In this document: positions 46,733 through 56,981 of the stretch, one piece after another
How positions within the stretch are numbered: the stretch's first letter is position 1
Layout: every line of letters begins with the position of its first letter
Assembly: GCA_963823655.1 (NCBI GenBank)
Contig: CAWGMK010000004.1
Coordinates: 64,001-128,000 of the forward strand
Reading direction: 5' to 3'
Source: an uncultured Bacillota bacterium
GTDB lineage: Bacteria; Bacillota; DTU025; MWDF01
DNA length: 64,000 bases
The notes under the pieces: generated by a model
What the model saw: only the letters and a program-made list of their open reading frames with translations
Told to the model about the DNA's origin: nothing
Database searches by the model: none
Position numbers and translations under genes: made by a program

Positions 46733-47188
46733 TTAGTGTCTAACCTTTTTTATATTGCTCTGGGAGGCCTTCTCGAGGTTGTCCTTGATGTGGACGAGAA
46801 GGCGGCGCATGAGCATCATTTCCTCAGCTGAGAAGCCCGAATAGGCCTCCTGTTGTATCTGGTTCATGGCAAGCTTTGCGGCTTCGGCGATGACTTTGCC
46901 TCTGTCCGTTACGTACACGCGGGAGAGCCTGAGGTCCTCTTTGTCCTCTCTTCTCTCGATCAATCCTGCCTTCTGCATGCGGTTGAGCATTATGGTGATG
47001 GTTGCGGGCTTAAGGCTTATCTTTTCGCCCAGGTCCTTCTGCGTAAGCCCGTCGTGCGCAATCAGGGTGAAGAGAATGGGAGCCTGCGCCGGGTGCAGCT
47101 CAAGGCCCTCTATAAGCTGGGTCATCCTGTTTTGTTTTGCCCTCATCACCTGGCCCATCAGCATGCCCAGGCTTTTGATATCCTCCAA
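46733..47188 (-). CDS. MarR-family regulator (paralogue of 37821-38279)
   Basis: HPAQAPIL, LTQKDLG, KPATIT.ML.RM, EDLR.SRVYVT; TTG start with GGAG; TTGCAT-18-TATAAT at 47263-47234. Confidence 0.92.
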   Translation of the reverse strand: MEDIKSLGMLMGQVMRAKQNRMTQLIEGLELHPAQAPILFTLIAHDGLTQKDLGEKISLKPATITIMLNRMQKAGLIERREDKEDLRLSRVYVTDRGKVIAEAAKLAMNQIQQEAYSGFSAEEMMLMRRLLVHIKDNLEKASQSNIKKVRH

Positions 47189-47438
47189 ATAAATCACTCC
47201 CGGAGAAATTATTTTGCTATACAACGATTGTTGATTATAGAGGTTCGCGGAGGACGGATGCAATAGGAAAGTTGAGCCATTAAGTCTTCAATTGGCTAGC
47301 TCCATTATTTGCAGCTTAGGGCCAAGATTTTAGTAATGATTTGTTTGTCTAAAAGCTATAGAATCAAAGTGGCTTATAAGAGTACGAAGCATACGCTATC
47401 ACCATCTAACAGGTTCAGAGGAGTGCACAGGAGGCAAG

Positions 47439-48719
47439 ATGATAGGGGTTGTCGCAGACGACTTCACCGGCGCAAACGATATTGGGATTATGTTCGCCAA
47501 GAACGGGTACAAGGTGCTCGTCTATTCCGAATATGGCAACCCGTCAGGGCTTGACGCCGATTCGGACGTGATAATCCTCAATACGAATAGCAGGCTGGAC
47601 CCTCCCGCATTAGCTTACAAAAAGGTCCGAGAGGCGACTTCTATACTAAAAACCATCGGATGCGATACTTTCCACAAGAAGACTTGCTCTGTCTTCAGAG
47701 GAAACATCGGGGCGGAGTTCGATGCAATGCTCGATGAGCTTGGAGAGGAGTTCTGTGCTGTCGTCCTCGGCTTTCCGAAGCTTGGAAGGGTGACGCGGGA
47801 TGGCATCCACTATGTGCACGGCGTTCCTCTTGAAGAGTCCGATTTCAGGAACGACCCTATCCATCCGATGCGGGAATCCGACCTGGTAAGCATACTGTCA
47901 AAGCAGACCTCAAGGAAAGTAGGCCTCATTCCACATTCGGTCATCTCCCTCGGTGTCGAAGCCACGAGGGTGGCAATGAGAAAAGCGATGGGAACATACC
48001 AATACCTTATATTCGACATCCTGGATCAAGAGATGTTGAATACCGTAGCCGGCGCAGTAAGAGATGTCAAAGTTCTTGCAGGTAGCTCAGCCATAGGCGA
48101 GGAGCTGCCCAAGTGGCTCGGCAAAGAAGGTAAAGGCAGGAAAGCAGACCTCTCAGGCTTACGCCGTGCGGACCTTGGGACTCTGATTATCGCAGGCAGC
48201 GTTACTCCTCAGACCCAAAGGCAGGTTAAGCGCGCTATAGCTGATGGTATGCACCATTTCGAAATCAAGTCGCAGGCGCTCCTTGACCCCTCATCCCGCG
48301 ACTCCATGATCAAGGAATGCGTCCAATTTGCGTCTGATGCTATTCAAAATGGTGATGCCTTCTTAGTCCATACGGAGAACGAGACTGAACAGGTGGCAGC
48401 GGCGAAAGCAAAGGGCCTTGAGGCCGGGTATGGTGAGCGAGAGCTCGGAAGGATGGTATCATCCGCCCTTTCGGACATCGCCGAAGCCATTATCAAGAAA
48501 ACTGGCCTCACAAGGATCATCATCCTGGGCGGCGAGACGTCCGGTGCAATATGCGAAAGGCTGGGTATTATTGGCAACATGCTGCTAAAAGAGATTACGC
48601 CAGGGGTCCCCTCCGTGCTTACGCTAGGAGGAGCATCCTTGCTGATGGCACCTAAGTCGGGAAGCTTCGGCGATGACGATTTCATTAAGGTGGCTGAAGA
48701 GCATTTGAAGGGCCTTTAA
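47439..48719 (+). CDS. Four-carbon acid-sugar kinase family (DUF1537; DtnK/OtnK-like)
   Basis: VVADDFTGANDIG, KKTCSVFRGNIGAE, GSVTPQT..Q, GGETSG, KSGSFG. Confidence 0.9.
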   Translation: MIGVVADDFTGANDIGIMFAKNGYKVLVYSEYGNPSGLDADSDVIILNTNSRLDPPALAYKKVREATSILKTIGCDTFHKKTCSVFRGNIGAEFDAMLDELGEEFCAVVLGFPKLGRVTRDGIHYVHGVPLEESDFRNDPIHPMRESDLVSILSKQTSRKVGLIPHSVISLGVEATRVAMRKAMGTYQYLIFDILDQEMLNTVAGAVRDVKVLAGSSAIGEELPKWLGKEGKGRKADLSGLRRADLGTLIIAGSVTPQTQRQVKRAIADGMHHFEIKSQALLDPSSRDSMIKECVQFASDAIQNGDAFLVHTENETEQVAAAKAKGLEAGYGERELGRMVSSALSDIAEAIIKKTGLTRIIILGGETSGAICERLGIIGNMLLKEITPGVPSVLTLGGASLLMAPKSGSFGDDDFIKVAEEHLKGL

Positions 48720-48765
48720 CAGGCCCTTTAAAAATTCTCTGTGAGTCCAAATCAATGATTGATCT

Positions 48766-49920
48766 TTACATCTCCCCAGATACAAACCTAATAAACATAT
48801 GGAGGACATCAAATAGCTGACCCATCTCTACATATTCCTCCGGTTGATGCGCTTTACCAATAGATCCTGGTCCGCATACTAACAATGGCATTCTTTCTAA
48901 TTTCGACAATCACTGATCCGTCAGTCGAATATGCTACGACTTTTAAGCCTTTGCTTTCATTATTGTTTGGGTTTGCTGCTCTAATAAACCTTTGAACTAA
49001 TGGCAATCCGTAATCGCTGACAACTGGCTTCACATACTGGCGGATGCTGGTTTCAGAGTTTACTCCCCATTTGTCACTTACTCTCCTGCTTGCTTCAGAG
49101 ACAATTGCAAGCGACATATTGTAGTCGTCCTCGTCTACTACCCTGAAGTCGACTCCTACTTTGGCTGAATTCGGAATTACATTTATCTGCCATCCTCCAT
49201 GCACTTCGTCTACACTCCCTGTAGAATGGCCGAGATTCGGTTTATCCAAGAACCCTTTGCAGGATTCTGTGACCGTTACTGCAAAATCGGCAGCTGCCAC
49301 AGCTGCATTAGCACCCATTTCAGGCAAGGCAGCATGTGCAGCACGCCCACTGAAAGTAGTATCTACCCAAAGTTGCCCCTTTTGGCCTATACATAAGGCA
49401 CCTTCAGTTGGTTCCGGGATTATTAGAGTTCCGTATCCTTAAAACATCCAGCTTCAGCAAGCGCTCTTGCGCCTCTATATCCCTTTTCCTCTTCGACAGT
49501 GAAGCCGAATATTATCGATTTCTCTGGCGTCACTTTATTCCTAATCAGCCAAGCGGCGGTCCCTATCATGGTCACCAAACCGCTTTTCATGTCAGATGAT
49601 CCTCTACCATACATGCGTGTGCCTTCGATGTCGGCACCGAAAGGATCGTGTATCCAGTCCTGCCCTCTTACGTCAACAGTGTCCAAATGGCCTACAAATG
49701 CAACAGAGCCTGCTTGCTTACCGGGGATCTTCACATAGATTGGATTTCTCTCATCATCGATCTTCACCATCTGCGGCTCTAATCCGAGTTTTATCAGGTA
49801 CTCCTTAATAAACTTGACGATCTCACCTTCATGCCCTGTAGTGCTTTCAATTCTTACCAAACTGCTTAGCAGCTCCAAAAGTTCTTTACGAGTCAGTCCG
49901 TTGCCATACTCTATATGAAT
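48766..49920 (-). CDS. M20 metallo-amidohydrolase (ArgE/DapE-like; frameshifts near 49430 and 48895; start uncertain)
   Basis: GHLDTV, GRGSSDMKSG, EEE.G, EPT, NVIP, TDG, GPGSIGKAHQPEE. Confidence 0.85.
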
Positions 49921-49935
49921 TACCCCCTTAACAGT

Positions 49936-49969
49936 AAGCGGCCCCATACACTACAGCATAGGGCCGCTT
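49936..49969 (-). terminator. Hairpin between cyclase and M20 genes
   Basis: AAGCGGCCC / GGGCCGCTT inverted repeat. Confidence 0.5.
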
Positions 49970-50144
49970 CCTACATCATTAGTTCAACACAACTCTATCA
50001 AAATTCGGACTAGGACCAGCTTTGACTAATGCTCATGCACTCATTAAGCAAAAGATGGCAGAACAGCACTAGCTTGCATTGTTTACCGGATGCTTCCCCC
50101 ATCAATAGGCCAAAAGGCTCCAACGTCAAATAACGATCGATAGA

Positions 50145-50821
50145 CTAAAGTACTCCCTCGAGGGCAACGGCCCTTATCGGGAACGCGTCGAGGCCGACTA
50201 TCGCCACCGGCACGCCTATGAAGAAGAAACGGCGCTCCCTGAGCTGGTCGAGGTTTACCATGACCTCGATGAGCGGGATGTCCTTCTCAAGCATGTACAC
50301 GTGGGTCTTCATGTTTCCGAGCGGAGTCCAGAACTCTTCCATCTTGAAAGTAAGGTCGAGGCCGAGTATCTTGATGTTCAGATCGGCCAGGTATCTTACA
50401 GCCTCATTGGACAGGAAGTTCTGGTCGTCTCCCTTGTACTTGGAGTTGCCCATAATGACGATGTCGCCGGTCTTCACGCCGAAGCTCTTTACGAACTCCG
50501 ATGTTATGCCGACCTTGGGGCCAGGCCCGCCAGGTTGATGAACACTGCCTCGCCCATCCATGCTTCGGGCGGGAAGTCTGCAAGGTCCTTGCATTTGGTT
50601 CCGCGCAGCGGTTCGATGAAGTGCGACGGCACTTCGACGTGCGTGCCGATGTGGCTCATGGTGTCGATCTCGTGCATTACCTCGCCCGCATACACCTTAT
50701 AGGATCTGATCTCCAGCCTGCGCTCCTCTTTGCCGGGGTGGCATACTCTGACAGGTCCACTACTCTTGCCTTCTTGAATGCTTCTACGAAATTCAACTCT
50801 TCTGCACCTTCCCTTCGCCAT
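50145..50821 (-). CDS. Cyclase-family (KynB-like) metal-dependent hydrolase, several frameshifts
   Basis: VVDLS, HIGTHVEVPSH, GEAV, THVYML..DIPLIE.MVNL, DAFPIRAVA. Confidence 0.8.
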
Positions 50822-50884
50822 TAAAGAATCTAGCCAATTGCCACGGGTATTTAATTGCTGTAAAGGATCCCTATAAGGATTTTA

Positions 50885-51826
50885 TTAATACGTGAATTTC
50901 CTTTTTATTACTTTAACTGCTGTATCGAAAACATTATTTGCTACTAATCCATTACACCTAAGAAGGTCTACATAAGCCCCTGATATTCCGAATGAGTTGT
51001 TTATTCCAATGCATTCTATTGGAATACAATAATTCGAACCAGTCAATTCACAGATTGCTGAACCTAAACCGCCAATAATGCTATGCTCTTCTACTGTCAG
51101 GGCTGCTTTTGTCTTTTTTACAGAATTTAGAATTGCTTCTTCGTCAAGAGGCTTTATGGTATGCACCTCGATCAAATCAGCTCCTATTCCAAGAGCTTTT
51201 AATTTAGTAGTTGCTTCAATGGCAACACTAACCATGGAGCCGCTCGCAAAAATCGATAAGTCTTGACCACTTTCTAATGTAATGGCCTTTCCAATAATGA
51301 AAGCGTCATCCAGCTTTTGTATCTCTGGTACAGGATTTCTCATAAGCCTGAAGTATACAGGGCCTATATGTGATGCAATTTCTGGAATTGCGAATGTAAC
51401 TTGCCTCGCATCAGAGAGATTTATAACAGTCATATTAGGTATGCTTCTCATTATGGCAAAATCACAAATATCCTGATGTGTGGCACCATCATATGAGTTG
51501 GAGAGGCCTCCGTATGAACCGGCGATTTTCACAGAAAGATTCGGATATGCTATCCCGGTTCTTAGCTGCTCTAAAGCTCTTTCTGTAACCAAGAAACTAA
51601 AGCTATTTACAAATGGTATAATGCCTGTGCTTGCCATTCCAGCTGCTATACTCATCATATTTGCTTCCGCTATGCCAATATTGAAAAACCTATCAGGATA
51701 GACCTCCGAGAACATTTTCGTCTTCGTAGATTTTGAAACATCTGAATCTAGTACAACTACATTAGGAAACTTTTTTGCTATTTCGATCAGTGAATTAGCA
51801 TATGCTTCTCTCATGCAATAATTCAT
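50885..51826 (-). CDS. Transketolase C-terminal subunit
   Basis: FFNIGIAEANM, DGATHQ, TVEEHSIIGGLG. Confidence 0.93.
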   Translation of the reverse strand: MNYCMREAYANSLIEIAKKFPNVVVLDSDVSKSTKTKMFSEVYPDRFFNIGIAEANMMSIAAGMASTGIIPFVNSFSFLVTERALEQLRTGIAYPNLSVKIAGSYGGLSNSYDGATHQDICDFAIMRSIPNMTVINLSDARQVTFAIPEIASHIGPVYFRLMRNPVPEIQKLDDAFIIGKAITLESGQDLSIFASGSMVSVAIEATTKLKALGIGADLIEVHTIKPLDEEAILNSVKKTKAALTVEEHSIIGGLGSAICELTGSNYCIPIECIGINNSFGISGAYVDLLRCNGLVANNVFDTAVKVIKRKFTY

Positions 51827-52686
51827 TCATTGGCACCACATTTCAATTCGGTCAATGCTTCTAGATACTCCTCCTCGGTTGGCACTCTTCCATGCCACTC
51901 ACTTGTGTTTTCCATAAATGAGACGCCTTTGCCCTTTATTGTATGAGCGATTATTAAACTAGGATGCATATCTTTGACAGCATACCTGTAGCTGTTGATA
52001 AGCTCCTCACTTGAATGTCCGTTACACTCGTAAACCTTCCAATTAAATGCTTCCCACTTCTTACGAAATGGTTCCATACACAAGATTTCGGATGTACATC
52101 CATCAAGCTGGTATCGGTTATTGTCGATAATAGCAGTAATATTACCAAGTTTCATATGAGCAGCGAAAGATGCCGCTTCCCAAATCTGGCCTTCATTGCA
52201 TTCTCCATCGCCCATTATTACCCATGTGTGGTAACTTCTATTATTCAGTTTACCTGCCAATGCCATACCAATTCCGAAAGATAACCCCTGACCTAATGAC
52301 CCTGTAGAAATATCGATCCCAGGAGTCTTATTCATATCAGGGTGTCCCTGTAGAATGCTTCCCACTTGTCGGAAGTGCTTAAATTCTTCTCGGCTAAAGA
52401 AGCCCATCTCGGAGAGCACCGCATATAATGCTGGCGCGGCATGGCCTTTTGATAAAACTAACCTGTCTCTATCTGCCCAATCTGATATCCTTGGGTTGAC
52501 TTTAAGCTGGTATAGATATAGTGATGCTAAGATCTCAGCGATCGAAAACGAACCGCCAATGTGACCAGATTTTGCCCCATAAATCATACTCAAAACGTCA
52601 ATTCTGATTCTGTTGGCCAATCGATCAACTGCTTGCGCCTTATACGTTAATGAATCTTCATTTCGGTAACTTTGCACAAGTTGCAT
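51823..52686 (-). CDS. Transketolase N-terminal (TPP-binding) subunit
   Basis: SGHIGG, DRLVLSKGH, STGSLGQG, GDGE..EG..WE, N..Q.DG, WHG. Confidence 0.93.
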   Translation of the reverse strand: MQLVQSYRNEDSLTYKAQAVDRLANRIRIDVLSMIYGAKSGHIGGSFSIAEILASLYLYQLKVNPRISDWADRDRLVLSKGHAAPALYAVLSEMGFFSREEFKHFRQVGSILQGHPDMNKTPGIDISTGSLGQGLSFGIGMALAGKLNNRSYHTWVIMGDGECNEGQIWEAASFAAHMKLGNITAIIDNNRYQLDGCTSEILCMEPFRKKWEAFNWKVYECNGHSSEELINSYRYAVKDMHPSLIIAHTIKGKGVSFMENTSEWHGRVPTEEEYLEALTELKCGANE

Positions 52687-52695
52687 GTAATCACC

Positions 52696-53685
52696 CTATA
52701 ATTCTTTCCTCTTCATGCGCCTGTCAAATATTACGGTAATTACGATTACGCTTCCGATGACGACTTGATGAAGGAATGATGAGATATTTAGTAGATTTAG
52801 TGCATTCCCAATTATTGCAATCAAAACGACCCCTGATAATGTACCATATATCGTTCCTTGTCCTCCTGAGAATGAAGCACCACCAACTACAGAAGCGGCA
52901 ATAGCATATAATTCCATTCCATTTCCACCTGATGGTTGTCCACTCGCCATTCGTGAGGCCAACATGACTCCCGACAATCCAGCCAATGAACCTGAGATTA
53001 TGAAAGTTGTGACAATTATTCTAGCAAGGTTAATCCCTGATACTTTAGCGGCCTTTCTATTGCCACCAACCGCATATATATGTCTTCCGAAAACAGAGCT
53101 TGACATCATAATGTGAATTGCGATTCCTACTATGGCGACTACGATTATTGGTACTGGCATGAAGCCAATATAGCCTCGTCCTACTATCGTAAATGCGTCT
53201 TTAAAGGGGACTATTGGGACCCCTTGAGTCACGTACAATATCCCACCAGCTAGTAGGATTTGCATAGAAAGTGTAGCTAAATACGGTTCCATTCTTCCAA
53301 TGGTGACCAGTAATCCATTTACTAATCCCACACAAGAGCCGGCAATAATACCTGCTAGTAATGCCAATGGAATACTTACACCAATCTTTACTAAATAGGC
53401 AGCTAAGCAGCCGCTAAGACTTACTATCGGGCCTACGGAAAGGTCAATACCACCCGATATAATCACCATAGTCTCGGACATAGCCAGGAGGAATAGAAAA
53501 CTATTCTGTCGCAAGACATTAATGATGTTTTCTGAAGTTAAGAACCATGGGCTTAGTATAGATACAAGAACGCCCACGCCAAAAGTAATTGCAATGATTC
53601 CAAAATTCCTATTGTTTAATCTTATTTTAGGCTTCTTGTTTTCCTTATTTGCTGTAGAACTAAGCTCCTTTGGTGACATCAACAT
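52696..53685 (-). CDS. Sugar ABC transporter permease (RbsC-like)
   Basis: GGIDLSVG, FGRHIYAVGGN..AA..SGI, ELYAIAASVVGG. Confidence 0.93.
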   Translation of the reverse strand: MLMSPKELSSTANKENKKPKIRLNNRNFGIIAITFGVGVLVSILSPWFLTSENIINVLRQNSFLFLLAMSETMVIISGGIDLSVGPIVSLSGCLAAYLVKIGVSIPLALLAGIIAGSCVGLVNGLLVTIGRMEPYLATLSMQILLAGGILYVTQGVPIVPFKDAFTIVGRGYIGFMPVPIIVVAIVGIAIHIMMSSSVFGRHIYAVGGNRKAAKVSGINLARIIVTTFIISGSLAGLSGVMLASRMASGQPSGGNGMELYAIAASVVGGASFSGGQGTIYGTLSGVVLIAIIGNALNLLNISSFLHQVVIGSVIVITVIFDRRMKRKEL

Positions 53686-55183
53686 TGCCTCCTGTCATTA
53701 GCTCAAGTACATGGCTGTAAGAAATATCTGGTGGCAACAATTCTGAAATGATCTCTCCTTTTCGCATAATCAGAACTCTGTCACTTACCTGTAATGCTTC
53801 ACGAATATCAGAAGTAAGCACAATCACTCCAGCCCCTGCACAAGAAACAGCCTCAAGTATCTTATAGAATTCTTGACGAGTGCCTACATCTATACCCCTT
53901 GTTGGCTCATCCAGGATTAATAGGTCAGGTTCCATTAACAGCCACTTACTGAGTACGACTTTCTGCTGATTTCCTCCACTTAAATTCGCTGCAATTTGAT
54001 TAGGACCGCTCGTCTTTATTGATAGTTTTTCAATCATTTTATTGGTAAGTTCTTCTTCGTCTTTTCGTCTTATCAAACTTATCTTATTAGCAATTCGATT
54101 TAGAATTACGATGCAACAATTGTCCAAAATGCTATGTATCAGAACAAGCCCATCATCTCTCCTGCTTTCCGTAGCAAAGCCGATTTTATTTCTAATAGAT
54201 TGCTCTGGATTCTTAGCGCCAAAATCCTTACCTTTCAAGCTTATTCTCTCTGTATCCGCATGATCCAAGCCGAAAATTGCCCTAGCTAATTCAGTCTTTC
54301 CAGAGCCTACGATGCCAACAATGCCAACAATCTCACGTTTTCCTACGGTCATTGAAATGTTGTTTATCTTATCGTTTCTAATTCCTTTAACAACAAAATG
54401 ATTCTTCTCTATTACCTTTTCCGAAACCGGTTTAACAACATCGAATGCGATATTACGACCAACCATCAATCTAACTATTTCGGAATGATTCGTCTCACTC
54501 GTTTTTAAAGTTGCAACCAATTCGCCATTTCTGAAAACCGTAATATTATCAGATATTTCAAATACTTCATTTATCTCGTGCGATATGTATATTACTGCAA
54601 TTTTCTTTTCCTTTAGTCTCCTGATGATGTTAAATAGCTTCAGAACTTCAGTTCTACTGAGAGAGGAAGTAGGTTCATCTAGTATGATAAGTTTTGTCGC
54701 TGCCGAGACGCACCTACAGATCTCCACCATTTGTTGTTCAGAAATTGGAAGAGAGCCAACCTTAGTTCTAACATCAATATCAAATCCTACTTCTTTAAGC
54801 ACATCTCTAGAATCGGCAAATAACTTCTTCCAATCTACAAATCCGAATTTATTCCGCGGTTCCCTTCCCAGAAATATATTTTCGCCTACTGTTAGATGGG
54901 GGACAGAGCTTAGTTCCTGATAAACCGTGCTTATACCGTTTTGAGAAGATTGTTTAGGAGAGTTAATCGAAGCCTTTTCCCCCATAATATGAAGTTCACC
55001 GCAATCGGAGCAGTAAACACCTGAAATTATGTTAATCAGTGTTGATTTTCCTGCGCCATTTTCTCCCACTATCGCTCGTACTTCTCCCGGCATTATGCTT
55101 AAAGAGACTTGATTCAAAGCTTGAACGCCTGGAAAAAACTTTGAGATAGACTTAACCTCAAGAAAAGGGACCAAATTAATCAC
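53660..55183 (-). CDS. Sugar ABC transporter ATPase (RbsA-like, two NBDs)
   Basis: GENGAGKST, DEPTSSL, LSGGNQQKV, DEPTRGIDVG. Confidence 0.95.
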   Translation of the reverse strand: MINLVPFLEVKSISKFFPGVQALNQVSLSIMPGEVRAIVGENGAGKSTLINIISGVYCSDCGELHIMGEKASINSPKQSSQNGISTVYQELSSVPHLTVGENIFLGREPRNKFGFVDWKKLFADSRDVLKEVGFDIDVRTKVGSLPISEQQMVEICRCVSAATKLIILDEPTSSLSRTEVLKLFNIIRRLKEKKIAVIYISHEINEVFEISDNITVFRNGELVATLKTSETNHSEIVRLMVGRNIAFDVVKPVSEKVIEKNHFVVKGIRNDKINNISMTVGKREIVGIVGIVGSGKTELARAIFGLDHADTERISLKGKDFGAKNPEQSIRNKIGFATESRRDDGLVLIHSILDNCCIVILNRIANKISLIRRKDEEELTNKMIEKLSIKTSGPNQIAANLSGGNQQKVVLSKWLLMEPDLLILDEPTRGIDVGTRQEFYKILEAVSCAGAGVIVLTSDIREALQVSDRVLIMRKGEIISELLPPDISYSHVLELMTGGNVDVTKGA

Positions 55184-55206
55184 CTTCTTCTAATAGAAAC
55201 CTTGTT

Positions 55207-56037
55207 TTAAAGAATTGCCAATGCCCTGCCAGGTCCGCCGGTTCCACCTTCAACTTTTATTGGAAGGAATATATAGAAGGCCCCTCTTGGTGGCAATTTG
55301 CCCAGGTTGCATAGCTTTTCAGTACATACCAGCCCTCTGCCAAGGCCCGCCCAGTGCGGTGAGTTATCATCTTAAATCATTCCAAGACTAGGCGTGTCTA
55401 CACCTATATGCTTAACTCCCCGATCCATAATGTATGTAATCGTCTCGGCCGAAGGCGCAGGGAAACCTTGTGTTCTTTCTCTTCCCCATAATGGAGACCA
55501 GAACCTGCAGTCCCAATCTAGTTTGTAGCCTTCAGGATATTTCTTGAAGTGCAGATCGGTCCATCCTGTATATAGAAGTACTACTTCACCTTCCGTAATC
55601 TTTCCGTGCTTCTTTTCCCATTCAATAATCTTTGATGGGCCTATTACTGGACTTACGCCAGGCTTTTCAGTGCCAACTAAATCAGTGCAATCAATAACAA
55701 CTGCTGGTCCCATGGTCTGTACTAAGGGTATCTTTTCAAGTGTGAACTCTGACATATCGCTAGCATGAGGCAATCCGGTACTTACTGGCGGAATAACATG
55801 TGCAGGCGCATCACAATGAGTCCCTGTGTGTTCCTCCAAAGTAAGTACGAAATCAGTATATGGAGCTCTTGACATGAATCCTTTACCAGGTTCAAACCAA
55901 TTCATCCTTGATTTTAAAAAAGGCTGGCCGCCTGGACACCAAGCCGGTGTATCCTCAGAGATTAGGACAGACAAGTCAATAACCTTGAAATCCTCACTCA
56001 GAAACATTCTCGAAATCTCTTTTCCAAAGTTAGCCAT
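55207..56037 (-). CDS. Cyclase-family metal-dependent hydrolase, copy A, internal in-frame TAA at 55372-55374
   Basis: HTGTHCDAPAH, LLYTGW, GVDTPS; after TAA the same frame continues DDNSPHWAGLGRGLVCTEKLCNL...KVEGGTGGPGRALAIL*. Confidence 0.85.
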
Positions 56038-56077
56038 CTTTATGTCCTCCTCAATTTCTAGAAATGTTAAAGCCTTA

Positions 56078-56908
56078 CTAAAGTATTGCTAATGCCCTAC
56101 CAGGTCCGCCAGTTCCACCTTCAACCTTTATTGGAAGGAATATATAGAAGGCCCCTCTTGGTGGCAGTTTACCCAGGTTGCATAGCTTTTCAGTACATAC
56201 CAGCCCTCTGCTAAGGCCCGCCCAGTGCGGCGAGTTATCATCTTAAATCATTCCAAGACTAGGCGTGTCTACGCCTATATGCTTAACTCCCCGATCCATA
56301 ATGTACGTAATCGTCTCTGCCGAAGGCGCAGGGAAACCTTGCGTTCTTTCTCTTTTCTTCAATGGAGTCCAGAACCTGCAGTCCCAATCTAGTTTGTAAC
56401 CTTCAGGATATTTTCTAAAGTGTAAATCTGTCCATCCTGTATATAGAAGGACTACTTCACCTTCCATAATCTTTCCATGCTTCTTTTCCCATTCAATGAT
56501 CTTTGTTACGCCTATCACTGGACTAACGCCAGGTTCTTCAGTGCCAACTAATTCTGTACAATCAATTACTACTGCTGGTCCCATGGTCTGTACAAGGGGT
56601 ATCTTTTCAAGTGTGAACTCCGACATATCACTGGCATGAGGTAAGCCAGTACTTACTGGCGGAATAACATGTGCGGGCGCATCACAATGGGTCCCTGTGT
56701 GTTCCTCCAGAGTAAGCACGAAATCGGTATATGGAGCTCTTGACATGAACCCTTTACCAGGTTCAAACCAATTCATCCTTGATTTTAAAAAAGGCTGGCC
56801 GCCTGGACACCAAGCTGGTGTGTCCTCAGAGATTAGTACAGACAAATCAATAACCTTGAAGTCTTCGCTCAGAAACATTTTCGATATTTCTTTTCCATAA
56901 TTAGCCAT
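56078..56908 (-). CDS. Cyclase-family metal-dependent hydrolase, copy B, internal in-frame TAA at 56243-56245
   Basis: Tandem paralogue of copy A with the same length, RBS (GGAGGACATAAAGATG) and internal stop position. Confidence 0.85.
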
Positions 56909-56929
56909 CTTTATGTCCTCCAATTCATC

Positions 56930-56961
56930 TAGCTCGGTGAGCCTAACGGCCAACCGAGCTA
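56930..56961 (-). other. Intercistronic stem-loop after the solute-binding protein gene
   Basis: TAGCTCGGT / ACCGAGCTA 9-bp stem with inner GCC/GGC. Confidence 0.6.
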
Positions 56962-56981
56962 AATTCTGGTCAGAACACTAC

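Noticed and set aside
49423-49430. Apparent TAA TAA inside the M20 gene as a further readthrough case
   Set aside because: The downstream EPT motif resumes in a different frame, so this is an indel, not an in-frame stop.
55372-56245. Genome-wide TAA reassignment, selenocysteine or pyrrolysine as explanation for the internal stops
   Set aside because: TAA ends many genes normally here (phoU, the kinase, cyclase A itself); Sec uses TGA and Pyl uses TAG; no sel or pyl genes in the window.
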